Virus record (IMG/VR): IMGVR_UViG_3300048549_001527
DNA length: 64,000 nt
Origin: a virus
Taxonomy: Duplodnaviria; Caudoviricetes
Reading direction: 5' to 3' (one strand)
Shown here: positions 40,001-47,132 of the stretch, in pieces
Layout of the letters: every line of letters starts with the position of its first letter
Numbering within the stretch: position 1 is the stretch's first letter
Notes under the pieces: model-generated
Seen by the model: the letters and a program-made list of their open reading frames with translations, nothing else
Told to the model about the DNA's origin: nothing
Databases searched by the model: none
Translations under genes and position numbers: made by a program

Positions 40001-41645
40001 AAATGGATTGAGCATCTTACCGTTTGACCAAAGACAACAAACTGCAGACTTCTATGCTGAAATGGGATTATTAGTACAAGGTATTGCAACTGCAAACACA
40101 GCTACTGTTCCAGGTATGGCAACTCCAGTTGCGGGCGGTACCGCGGTTGAAGGTGAATGGGCTCAAGATATGATTACTCATATTGAAGAAGTAATTCGCC
40201 GTGATACTTTAGATGCAATGCCTGAGCTTATCGAGCCTGATACATCTTGGGTCGATAACAGTTTGGTTTGGGCAGCTGATCTTATTGAAGAAAATCTTGA
40301 TGAATTGGCCGATGATGTTACAACTTGGATCAATACAAATTACGACGTTCTTGATTACGATAAAGCAAAATGTTACAGAGACGGTAATTATTTACTCGAT
40401 GCAATTAGCCACGATCTTAATTACGGTGGTAACCTCGCATCAAGATGGAATGCTGATTTCTATTATTGGAATAACACAGCAAGACTTCCCGAGTCACAAA
40501 GATTGCCAACAGCATCAGCATATAAACAATTGGCTGAAATTTGTAGACAGGTTGTACTAGGAGATTATCCAGGGCAGGTTATTAAAGGTGACGTTTCAAC
40601 AGTTGAAGAATCAAAACATGCTTATGAGCTTGGATTAATATTCTTTAATATACTGTTTGAAGATGGACCTAAGAGAGGACTACCACCTCTTGAATATCCT
40701 GATTTTGATTATGCAGATGTTGATACATATTCTTTCGCAAGACGTATTCTTATTAATCGTAGAAAGAAATTACAATATTCAGTACAAGGATTTATCGGAA
40801 AAGAATATAAGTTCTACGATGTTAATCTTACACGCCGTGACGCAGGTAACTTACTCACATCGTTGAAACAAGACTTTGAATTTGTAAGTAACACAATTAA
40901 TCCATCTACTCAAGTTTTAACAACAGTGGAAGGTTCACAACAATCTATAAGAACATTTGCTGCTTCCCTCTTTGATGGAAACGCAATGCACGTGTTCCCT
41001 GTATTTAATCCAACATCTGGCAAACGAGGTCTAAATTTTATAGGAACAGTTCAGAATACCGGAGATCTGCCTGCGACTGATAAGATAAATAATGCGTATA
41101 TAGTATCAACTACGAACTATGCCGCAGGCAATAGGTATGATGGCGATATATATTACTGGAACGGAACAGTATGGGTAAACGACGGAGCAAATAACGTGGA
41201 TCTATTATATAGCTTCTATAAAGCGTGGGAAAGAATGAATACATATATTAAAACTAACCTTTCGCCAAACGCAGCTACAAATACAATGCTTGATGGTCTA
41301 TTTAATGATTGCTTGATTGCAACAACATTAAGACCAGCAAACCTAACGTTTGGAGCACTCGTCGAGTCAATTGCTCACCAGTTTAACGGAGCATCAGCTG
41401 GTGTTAACAGAACAGCATTACCACTAAACTTCAGAAACCTTGGCGCTGCAATTTCAGCATCGGCCTCGGTGATAGCTGAAGACGGTGGCAGAACTCGTTG
41501 GTCAGGCGCCGACGAATTGAATAACCAATACTTCGCAAGAGGTCTTAGAATTAACGGTAGAACAGGTCGAATTGAAGGTCGTCCGTTTACATCGTCAGTA
41601 AGAAAACTTGCAAGAAGAGCATCACAAAGTAGGGCAAGCATCTAA
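31020..41645 (+). CDS. Giant virion structural/fibre protein with two interleaved repeat families (3541 aa)
   Basis: Uninterrupted 10.6-kb ORF. MSKISEL...DLF.IV...TKNIT N-terminus, an N/T/S/I-rich solenoid, 11 KCxRD-type repeats plus a degenerate one, and 8 TPT.A.YD...HTFV repeats. Confidence 0.85.
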   Translation: MSKISELGPITGSNTRTEDLFVIVNLVQGDDGTKNITRYELVEAIQYEVFTRINITGGTISGTIQTNNVMNNNTMNDNEFNDGTINDSTLFDVTIIGATANAMIITASEFNDSTGNNDVFTYSTIDNSQIINSTANNITMTASAITGSDFSDGTGNNNVFTNTTVENITIEGGTANNLTMTAITLDNVVMTDALISNSDIRDTDLDNVVITNSEYANGTVYDTAISNSTIENSNMINGTGSNIVFTDLTISNSAISTSDFSDGTGNNNIFTNTTVDQSLIQNSVIANTTFEGALNDVDITNARISSTTADGLGQIKSTIEDSIVSNSTIEDSDLVDFDMDLRKLWQPEMDEDSYFAIKNAKTGETEQITYRQYYDEISKSTENALKVYASVSGDDNNPGTILQPVRNLKRAADIALEKAGGKYDRNDINNAVHISVGPGVYFVDEPISLPDDCAMTAEAGQYATIIRKKPGWERTNGIQVGSGCYVQGFAYMNFEVDNFDYPEGGFAIAYRPGAKLRRSPYIRDSSQLSNFNRLDVEPPLQPFNSKGTIADLGLQLIMEPGHSAEALFAEGDEVEFSNGATGFVSWTDDINSDRELYVRNIKPWGSVKAGMTFMTQQGSTGTIQTVGIDDFPNRLVGRGGGCLLADRRVVDPDSLYIYVLCFGFTPRTQNGMGYVARDGAGVNGIGSLSIFVRTAFYALNGGQMTLNNSGTQFGDISMRAKGTTNVVQPSSTSATLIGNTDFAQAIVDNKDAIIEDMVSYLNANTANGGLGYQGYDSMKCRRDTGIIIDNVGYDVALDTNYWGRLNGITYQSPISYVVVGEQLTETAGAIEHLQGDINYAFRNADASVNTRVDRSLDETINILNNGVENQSTLIFADTGVEARTNARELIQDNRDLIIKGMVDWIDNNDEFFAYDSNKCRRDIQEYILPATKWDMVLDTNYNSVTAGNAYYFKQAKVSIENQRDETVGSFKYLRDITDTLIDGNTALGSTRLYDKFNQVIDILDNKGDKFTPTNASYDGTTGEFVITIANHGLTVGRYITLMDNSFKFTCEADGNTVVKIHPTKADPAYRALLPITAVTANTITVNVGDGGGYKGAHTFVSAEKSSVSVLGTSITFSDDASISEDKRNARKLLQANREYIQDYMMTWAENEWYFYDSDKCQRDTSEYILPAVKRDMITGSTYNAIQAGFAYRTGTGKFLIDNQLSETIGAFSHLRDEVMEDLTDPVAEKHATDSFNTLIDIMQNSGRKYTITDATYDPVTGVQVLTLGEHDFETGDEFLMETGAVTFSCVNTATSDTVEIAHPRTTDPWHKTPITITGITDTTITANVGGAGGYTGVHTFVRGLLNGVQKQEPLNNAFTPTDSSYDPVTGITTFDFGASHDFIIGDTIMIDPMSVTYSCDNGNGVEEATYPRLTDPAYNVALTITAVTANTITVNTGDGNGYTGAHTFVGSKPNAIKKASFYTGAFTPIDATYSANTGQLDVKIGQHSLPVGRWIKIKGEGITFTCDHDNNLTEHAYPRRTDPAFKQIVRITDVSDEWITVNVGNGGAGYQYSANTAHTFVSALPHAIDTNVSYFTDAAKITDWLTPTTATYDPVTGDMVATVPNHGLTTNDHVEMKPLGMTFSCDPGTGGGVANDSNPRIGEPNYGKPLAVTAVTTNTFTFNVGSAGTYTGAHTFVSAEAGAIMKVSSTTEGRNAADQLRANKVFLQNEIGAYMEANYFIYNKDKCMRDTGYILNAVARDIATGSNVNSIYVGQGYRIGTVGANNVINNQLTETVGAITWLKNKIATEVLTDATAIARSNAAFDDIIDIMQNGNASSDPIDFGVQATELDAYHARVALQTNKQFIQEEVIGWLATNYPGFVYAYDACKRDLGVFIDTVSYDIQHGGNAATVNNTRLYFENAMPVLADDEIVPTSEAYNFIANLVGQVIRGENVIELTSNTAQVLTAEAAYTPTGATYDPVTGIMEVTIGSHTFAEGDRLSIDPAGITFSCAFNGGGQDSHPNVNDPNYKGTFIVTANTATTVTVNAGTAGTNTDAHTFVSATTDAVRAANMPEAYTPTDVFYDHMTGRMTMTLGNRHRFAAGDWLIFDEGAITLSCKDVNGITFNLAHPRPTDPVWNTPVYIDEVTADTVTCNVGAAGVDKVHTFVSATVNGVRRSIKPAVANRAVKMFEDIGQTLRNNDGEMVAVTEAIFTLPATYGVALIADADKVWGNKAKYQTEIIDHITEAYNGLGYDVSKCPRDAGYIVDAVAEDMEYGGNAATAWAAAYYFENAINVLPLYQRAPTKAAFEHLANVVEAIIQETTVTPTTGNVTVQNTSGTAASASTALTAKNLVNVISSIADDNSPVNVPAVTNAPLMEPSRTFARKALQKNREFIQEEVINFIDEQFFTINEGKCARDVGFIVDAVKRDVQTGSDYNSKYNGKAYRVGNPLAEKVIEEQLAETIESLKYAQRDLEAQLTGTALSRTTAAFNNVYDAMTNDYTADGTNYEYGDSWYTLGSVSTEQGMQFNRTFLQEEAIAWITQEYPSLVYDQAKCRRDTGFIVDALTWDLMNGSNTATRNVAKLYFENGVQVGLPASQRAEAAAWYNQMATLVEAILLKQTVTPTSGNAENVSQSFGTVTVAVAQEAEDLVKIIARAVAENTLINMPDEVEPRGLTGAGAAGYIVDVAIFDTRKPIIQAGVVNYLKENFNYLQYDQDKCRRDTGFIIDGISHDIQYGGNSATVGNAGLYFANAVSILPMKQRDATKLAFEHMAEVVRRVVRNEEVDIKTGQEFTPTNVVYDGVAGTMVITLGAGHDLKVDDYILFAPESIVLDCGASVEIAHPRVQDPAYQTPWRISARTATTITLSDLKANYAGAHTFVRASLNAISKVIGNTETQWKSYTPARRSIANEAKALAAMIADISDDATPVNLPQMIQPKLDWVPARLVAEKELIENNTVELSKDMINYISKTYNGISYAKEKCRRDVGGLVDAISHDVQYATNYATIRSSELYFVNGLSILPFDQRQQTADFYAEMGLLVQGIATANTATVPGMATPVAGGTAVEGEWAQDMITHIEEVIRRDTLDAMPELIEPDTSWVDNSLVWAADLIEENLDELADDVTTWINTNYDVLDYDKAKCYRDGNYLLDAISHDLNYGGNLASRWNADFYYWNNTARLPESQRLPTASAYKQLAEICRQVVLGDYPGQVIKGDVSTVEESKHAYELGLIFFNILFEDGPKRGLPPLEYPDFDYADVDTYSFARRILINRRKKLQYSVQGFIGKEYKFYDVNLTRRDAGNLLTSLKQDFEFVSNTINPSTQVLTTVEGSQQSIRTFAASLFDGNAMHVFPVFNPTSGKRGLNFIGTVQNTGDLPATDKINNAYIVSTTNYAAGNRYDGDIYYWNGTVWVNDGANNVDLLYSFYKAWERMNTYIKTNLSPNAATNTMLDGLFNDCLIATTLRPANLTFGALVESIAHQFNGASAGVNRTALPLNFRNLGAAISASASVIAEDGGRTRWSGADELNNQYFARGLRINGRTGRIEGRPFTSSVRKLARRASQSRASI

Positions 41646-42067
41646 TGGCATACACAACAATTACAACATCACAGGCGCCCGACGCAAAACCGGTCGCTTC
41701 CAATTTAGAAGTAACTACAAATTGGCAAGTCATCATTGAAGTACCAGATTATGAAGTTCCGGAACTTGTATTTGGTGGATCTACTACAGTCGAAAGCGGG
41801 GTAGGCGAAGTTATTTCCCCTTTAATGTTATGTAATTACACAGCCAATACGGTTTATGTAGATTTACAAGCATTTAGATATGTATCTGGGGATTATTTTT
41901 ATATTTTAAATAATTTTCCTGTACCTGGGTTTGACACTGTACCAATTCCAATTAATGGTCAGTTTTTTAAATCAGGTGATCGTTTAGAAGTTAAGTGTGA
42001 CACAAACTTAGCTCTTCATTCCACATTGTCCTTTACATTAGGTCAATCGGAGGAGGATGACGTATAA
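41645..42067 (+). CDS. Small virion-associated hypothetical protein (140 aa)
   Basis: TAATG-coupled on both sides; beta-rich sequence, between two large fibre genes. Confidence 0.75.
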   Translation: MAYTTITTSQAPDAKPVASNLEVTTNWQVIIEVPDYEVPELVFGGSTTVESGVGEVISPLMLCNYTANTVYVDLQAFRYVSGDYFYILNNFPVPGFDTVPIPINGQFFKSGDRLEVKCDTNLALHSTLSFTLGQSEEDDV

Positions 42068-45000
42068 TGGCTTTTAATTCTCTCGCAGGCGGAAAAATAA
42101 TAGGACAAGGTCGGCCGTTACCTACTCCTATTGCCTTAGATCCAGCACCATTTAAAGGTGCATTAGTTTACGGAGACGACGGTGTTGTTTATGTTTCAAA
42201 TGGCACTGCATGGGTTGACGTTGGATCCGGTGCGCAAGGCACAATCGGTATTCAAGGTAACAACGGGATCCAAGGTATTCAAGGTACATATGGTCCAGGA
42301 TTTACAATCCTAGGATCTGTTCCTGACGTTGATGCGGGAGGAAATCCACAAACAACTCTTACTACAGCATTCCCATCACCAAATATTGGTGAAGGTGTTA
42401 TTGATGAAGCTGACGATGAGTTGTGGATTTGGGATGGTACAAACTGGGTAAACATTGGAACGTTTCGCGGTGTCCAAGGTATTCAAGGTAGTATAGGCCC
42501 ACAAGGGGCTCAAGGTACAATTGGTGAAGAAGGTATTCAAGGTTCGCGCGGTGATAGAGGTGTCCAAGGCGTTCAAGGATTACAAGGTACACAGGGTCTT
42601 CAAGGCTTTACTGGCAACCAAGGTACACAAGGCGTTCAAGGTGTTCAAGGACCTCAGGCATTCCAGGGTGTTCAAGGCATTCAAGGTTTTACTGGTAATC
42701 AAGGTGTTCAAGGCCCGCAAGCATTCCAAGGTGTTCAAGGTATCCAAGGTTTTACTGGTATCCAAGGTGATACTGGCGATTTTGGTGGATTGACTTTTGA
42801 TTACACGTATGATAATACTACAACTGATGCAGACCCAGGAACGGGTATTATTCGTTTTAATAACACAGCACTAAACAGTGTTTCAATGGAAATGTATATT
42901 GACGACGAAGATGATGCTGCTGTCAATGTTATGGATGCTCTCTTAGGTGAATATGCTGGAATTGGAGGATCCGTTAAGGGTTACTTCAAAGTTATAAATG
43001 GTGCTGATGTTACTAAATATACTACTTATCGTATTGACTCAATTACAGATGCCACTGGGTATTGGAGATTGGGCATTACATATTTGTTTGGTGAAACAAG
43101 TTACACAAATGGAGCGGACTTACGAATAACATTTACCCGTAATGGTGACCAAGGCATTCAAGGTATACAAGGCCCACAGGCGTTCCAAGGTATTCAAGGT
43201 ATTCAAGGTCCTCAAGCCTTTCAAGGTATTCAAGGTATTCAAGGTTTCACTGGATCACAGGGTGCTCAAGGTCTACAAGGCTTTATCGGTATTGATGGCG
43301 GTTTTTCGTTTGACTTTAACTTTAACGCTTCAACGACTCCAAGCACAGATCCTGGAGTTAACAGTTGGAAAATTAACAACTCAAACCCAACAACCGCAAC
43401 AATCCTAACCATCGATGATATTCCCGCAGATCAATTCACAACACAAATTGATGCATTTTACGATTTCATTGATGGTCAGACTGCAACTCCTAAAGGCTAT
43501 TTGGTAATTAAAAACAGACCTACGGGTGCTAGCGGTATCGGCGGTCACCATTTTGTAATGTACGAAATTACAGATTGGACTTGGGATAGCGGTGCTAAAA
43601 ACTGGGGCTACTTCAACGTAGTTTACATTGACGGTAACGTTACTGACTGGCAAACTGTTGCATCAACTCATGGAACAAAAACTCATTTTTCATTCGTACC
43701 TGCTGGCCCAGTTGGTGTTCAAGGTAACCAAGGTGTTCAAGGCGTTCAAGGCATTCAAGGTGACTTCGGACCTCAAGGCTTTACTGGTATCCAAGGTAAT
43801 ACTGGGATCCAAGGTAACTTTGGTCCTCAAGGTATCCAAGGTTTCACTGGGGACACCGGTATTCAAGGCGCGCAAGGTGTTCAAGGTCTACAGGGTGTGC
43901 AAGGAGTACAGGGAGTACAAGGTGTTCAGGGTACCCAAGGCGTGCAAGGTGTTCAAGGCGTTCAAGGTTACACCGGTGTTTCTGGCGGAATTACATTTAC
44001 TTATAATTATAACACAACTTCAAATGTTGCCACTGATCCTGGTTCGCAAATATTCAGATTAAATAATAACACATATGCAAGTGTAACTGAAATCTTTGTT
44101 GATGCTGAAGCAGGTCCTGGTCCAGTTGACTTATCAACTCTTTATAATAGTTTTGACGCAGTCACAGGACCTTATAAATCAATTTTAAGAATTGTAGATC
44201 CTGCAAATACTGAACAATTTTTGCTTTATAAAGTTAAAGATATTACAGACAACACAGGCTGGTTTACGTTATCAGTTGAATATGTTACTCACAACGGAAT
44301 GGTATATTCTGACGGAGATGCTACGCTGTGGACATTTAGTGAAGTTGGTGCTCAAGGCGTTCAAGGTCCTCAGGCATTCCAAGGTGTTCAAGGTATTCAA
44401 GGCGAAATCCTACAAGGTGCTCAAGGTTTCACTGGTGATACTGGGCTCCAAGGTGTTCAAGGTATTCAAGGTGACTTCGGACCTGCCGGTGAATTTGGCG
44501 GTATGACATTCTCTTATGAGTTTGACACTGATAATACTGCAACGGACTTTACAGGATTTGGTAAAGTTAAATTTAACAATAGTAATTTGGCGCTCGCAAC
44601 GGCTATGTACATTGATGACCGTGATATAAACTTTGTTGATATACAAGCTTTCTTTAGATCTATGGATGAACCAACATCTGCGGTTAAAGGATTTGTTAGA
44701 ATTATTGACGCGTTCACGACATCAGACTATGCTGCATTTGAAATCACTGAAATAACAGAAGCAAGCGGATATTTTCAAATTGATGTTACATTCTCAGTTG
44801 CTTCACAAACAGCATGGAATGCCGCGGAACCAGTCAAAATAACATTTTCAAGAACAGGTGATGCTGGTACTGATGGCGCACAAGGTGTCCAGGGTATTCA
44901 AGGTAATGACGGTACAGGTGGCTCGCAAGGTACAACAGGCGCTCAAGGGATAACTGGTTTTGGTTTCCAAGGTATCCAGGGTATTCAAGGTAATGACGGT

Positions 45001-46704
45001 AACGATGGGTTTGGGTTTACAGGTACACAAGGTACACAAGGTGTCCAGGGTATCCAAGGCTTTAGCGGTACTGACGGTGACGATGGCGAGGCTGGTCTCC
45101 AAGGTGTCCAGGGTATTCAAGGTAATGACGGTAACGACGGCTTACAAGGCGCAGATGGTGTTCAAGGTATTAGCGGTAGCGATGGGTTTGGCGGAGTCGG
45201 TGTTCAAGGTAACCAAGGTGTTCAAGGTCTGCAAGGAGAAGGACCGCAGGGTGTACAAGGTATACAAGGCGCATTAGGATTTGGTTCACAAGGTATACAA
45301 GGTATCCAAGGTTTTACTGGATCACAAGGTATTGCAGCAGAAGAAGGCGGAACTGGCGCACAAGGTTTCACTGGTGGGCAAGGTGTCCAAGGTTTCCAAG
45401 GCGTAGGTATTCAAGGCGTTCAAGGTATCCAAGGTGAAAGCGGAGACGCAATACAAGGTGTTCAAGGTAACCAAGGTTTTACTGGATCAGGATCATCTGG
45501 CATCCAAGGTAACGACGGTATCCAAGGACCGCAAGGAATAGATGGTGATCTCGGAAATGAAGGTCCACAAGGTACACAAGGTTTCACTGGTGGGCAAGGT
45601 ATCCAAGGTACTGACGGTACTGGTAACGTAGGTCCGCAAGGTATACAAGGTTCCCAAGGACCACAGGGACTCCAAGGTTTTTCAGGTCTTGTAGGTGGAG
45701 CCGGTCCTCAAGGTATTCAAGGTGACCAAGGTGTTCAAGGTTTCACTGGCGCAAACGGTACTGGTGCTGACGGTGTTCAAGGTGTCCAAGGTATTCAAGG
45801 CGACTTTGGTCCTCAAGGTGTTCAAGGTGTTACTGGAACTGGTAATGCAGGGGTTCAAGGTTCGCAAGGTATCCAAGGTATTCTAGGTAACGAAGGCCCA
45901 CAAGGTGTTCAAGGTTTACAGGGTACAGCTGAAGCTTCAGAAATTATTACAAATAATGTTCACACAGCCGATGTATCTTTGCAAAACGCGGCCTTGTTCC
46001 CTGCAATGGTAGAAGGTGGAGGTGGAGCAGAACCACCATACACAACAGCCGGTATCAACCCAGGTAGTGAATCAAACTTCTATTACATTAGTTCCGAAGA
46101 TAAACTGTACGTTGAAAACATGCAGGTTGAAGGAAACATTCAGCTAACAGGTACATTGAATGGCGGATCAGGCGATTTCTTACAAGCTGATGTTGCTGAT
46201 ACAAAAACCACTGGAGACCTAACGTTTAGTAGCAACGTTGCTGCTGTCTTTGGCCCGGTAAATACTTCTAAAGTTTATTATAAATCGGCTGATGGTAAAA
46301 TGCACATCGAGCAAAAGTCAAGTGTTACTAGTTTAATAATAACAGAAGATAACGCCGGAACTATAACAACTAACTTTGAATTAACAAACTCAAGCGGTAA
46401 CTTAACTGTTAGAGGAAACGTAAATTCAACATCTGACGCAAGAACTAAGGAAAATGTTGTAACTGTTGATAATGCTCTTGATAAAGTAACAAAGCTAAGA
46501 GGTGTCTATTTTGATAAAATAGATAACCCAGGAACAAGATACTTAGGTGTCATTGCACAAGAAATACAAGAAGTCGTTCCTGAGGTTGTTTTAGACAATG
46601 GCCCAGATACTATGTTAAGTGTTTCATACGGAAACTTGGCAGGACTCTTTATTGAAGCGTTAAAAGAGTTGAAGAAAGAAGTCGACGAAATCAAAGGACT
46701 TTAA
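42067..46704 (+). CDS. Collagen-like fibre protein with a C-terminal S74 chaperone (1545 aa)
   Basis: Long Gly-X-Y tracts dominated by G-X-Q, interrupted by four globular repeats. C-terminal TSDARTKENV...ALDKV..LRGV.F...GVIAQEI..V.PE.V...V.YGNL.GL.IEA.KEL. Confidence 0.9.
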   Translation: MAFNSLAGGKIIGQGRPLPTPIALDPAPFKGALVYGDDGVVYVSNGTAWVDVGSGAQGTIGIQGNNGIQGIQGTYGPGFTILGSVPDVDAGGNPQTTLTTAFPSPNIGEGVIDEADDELWIWDGTNWVNIGTFRGVQGIQGSIGPQGAQGTIGEEGIQGSRGDRGVQGVQGLQGTQGLQGFTGNQGTQGVQGVQGPQAFQGVQGIQGFTGNQGVQGPQAFQGVQGIQGFTGIQGDTGDFGGLTFDYTYDNTTTDADPGTGIIRFNNTALNSVSMEMYIDDEDDAAVNVMDALLGEYAGIGGSVKGYFKVINGADVTKYTTYRIDSITDATGYWRLGITYLFGETSYTNGADLRITFTRNGDQGIQGIQGPQAFQGIQGIQGPQAFQGIQGIQGFTGSQGAQGLQGFIGIDGGFSFDFNFNASTTPSTDPGVNSWKINNSNPTTATILTIDDIPADQFTTQIDAFYDFIDGQTATPKGYLVIKNRPTGASGIGGHHFVMYEITDWTWDSGAKNWGYFNVVYIDGNVTDWQTVASTHGTKTHFSFVPAGPVGVQGNQGVQGVQGIQGDFGPQGFTGIQGNTGIQGNFGPQGIQGFTGDTGIQGAQGVQGLQGVQGVQGVQGVQGTQGVQGVQGVQGYTGVSGGITFTYNYNTTSNVATDPGSQIFRLNNNTYASVTEIFVDAEAGPGPVDLSTLYNSFDAVTGPYKSILRIVDPANTEQFLLYKVKDITDNTGWFTLSVEYVTHNGMVYSDGDATLWTFSEVGAQGVQGPQAFQGVQGIQGEILQGAQGFTGDTGLQGVQGIQGDFGPAGEFGGMTFSYEFDTDNTATDFTGFGKVKFNNSNLALATAMYIDDRDINFVDIQAFFRSMDEPTSAVKGFVRIIDAFTTSDYAAFEITEITEASGYFQIDVTFSVASQTAWNAAEPVKITFSRTGDAGTDGAQGVQGIQGNDGTGGSQGTTGAQGITGFGFQGIQGIQGNDGNDGFGFTGTQGTQGVQGIQGFSGTDGDDGEAGLQGVQGIQGNDGNDGLQGADGVQGISGSDGFGGVGVQGNQGVQGLQGEGPQGVQGIQGALGFGSQGIQGIQGFTGSQGIAAEEGGTGAQGFTGGQGVQGFQGVGIQGVQGIQGESGDAIQGVQGNQGFTGSGSSGIQGNDGIQGPQGIDGDLGNEGPQGTQGFTGGQGIQGTDGTGNVGPQGIQGSQGPQGLQGFSGLVGGAGPQGIQGDQGVQGFTGANGTGADGVQGVQGIQGDFGPQGVQGVTGTGNAGVQGSQGIQGILGNEGPQGVQGLQGTAEASEIITNNVHTADVSLQNAALFPAMVEGGGGAEPPYTTAGINPGSESNFYYISSEDKLYVENMQVEGNIQLTGTLNGGSGDFLQADVADTKTTGDLTFSSNVAAVFGPVNTSKVYYKSADGKMHIEQKSSVTSLIITEDNAGTITTNFELTNSSGNLTVRGNVNSTSDARTKENVVTVDNALDKVTKLRGVYFDKIDNPGTRYLGVIAQEIQEVVPEVVLDNGPDTMLSVSYGNLAGLFIEALKELKKEVDEIKGL
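42232..45930 (+). repeat. Low-complexity (CAAGGT-NNN)n collagen-coding tracts
   Basis: 9-nt periodic caaggt units, including near-identical ~30-bp copies such as ccagggtattcaaggtaatgacggta near 44889, 44976 and 45109. Confidence 0.9.
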
Positions 46705-46729
46705 TCTTGAATGATCTCTGCGAAAATAA

Positions 46730-46760
46730 ATGAGGGGGCTTTATGTCCCCTTATCTATTT
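46730..46760 (+). terminator. Possible intrinsic terminator after the collagen gene
   Basis: Hairpin ATGAGGGGGC-TTTAT-GTCCCCTTAT (two G:U pairs) followed by a weak CTATTT tail. Confidence 0.5.
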
Positions 46761-46774
46761 CCCCATCTTAGTTT

Positions 46775-46782
46775 TATAAATA
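46775..46782 (+). promoter_or_regulatory. T4-type late promoter for the 46803-53393 fibre genes
   Basis: Exact intergenic TATAAATA. Confidence 0.85.
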
Positions 46783-46802
46783 AAGAAAAAAGAGAATGAA
46801 AC

Positions 46803-47132
46803 ATGTCCACAAAAGTTAATTTATATGCAGATCAAGGAACGGACTTTCGTACCACTATCGAATTATTTGATGGTGATAACGATGAATTGGGTATAAGTAC
46901 ATATACATTCTTTTCAGATATAAGAAAAGTTTATTCCGAAACAAAAAAAGCGTCCTTTGATATAGAAACTGCAAATAATGACGTTACACTGGTATTATCT
47001 GCAAATACCACTTCAAACCTTACTCCGGGTAAGTACCAATATGATGTGTTAATGCGAAAACAATCTGGGGAGCTATCTAAAATAGTTGATGGAACAATCT
47101 TTATTCTTCCAACTATGACGGAGGTATCATGA
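46803..47132 (+). CDS. Small virion structural adaptor protein (BppU-N-like Ig fold)
   Basis: VNLY.DQGTDF...I.L...Y.F.S.IRK.Y...F...L.L....T..L.PGKY.YDV...KIVDG.I.I.PT.T pattern common before fibre genes in T4-like marine phages (recall). Confidence 0.65.
   Translation: MSTKVNLYADQGTDFRTTIELFDGDNDELGISTYTFFSDIRKVYSETKKASFDIETANNDVTLVLSANTTSNLTPGKYQYDVLMRKQSGELSKIVDGTIFILPTMTEVS

Noticed and set aside
42232-45930. CRISPR-like or non-coding repeat array, and the overlapping KVFKV-rich or antisense TLNTL-rich ORFs
   Set aside because: The periodicity is 9 nt and fully explained by Gly-X-Gln codons (caaggt); there is no repeat-spacer structure. The alternative-frame ORFs are by-products of that low complexity.
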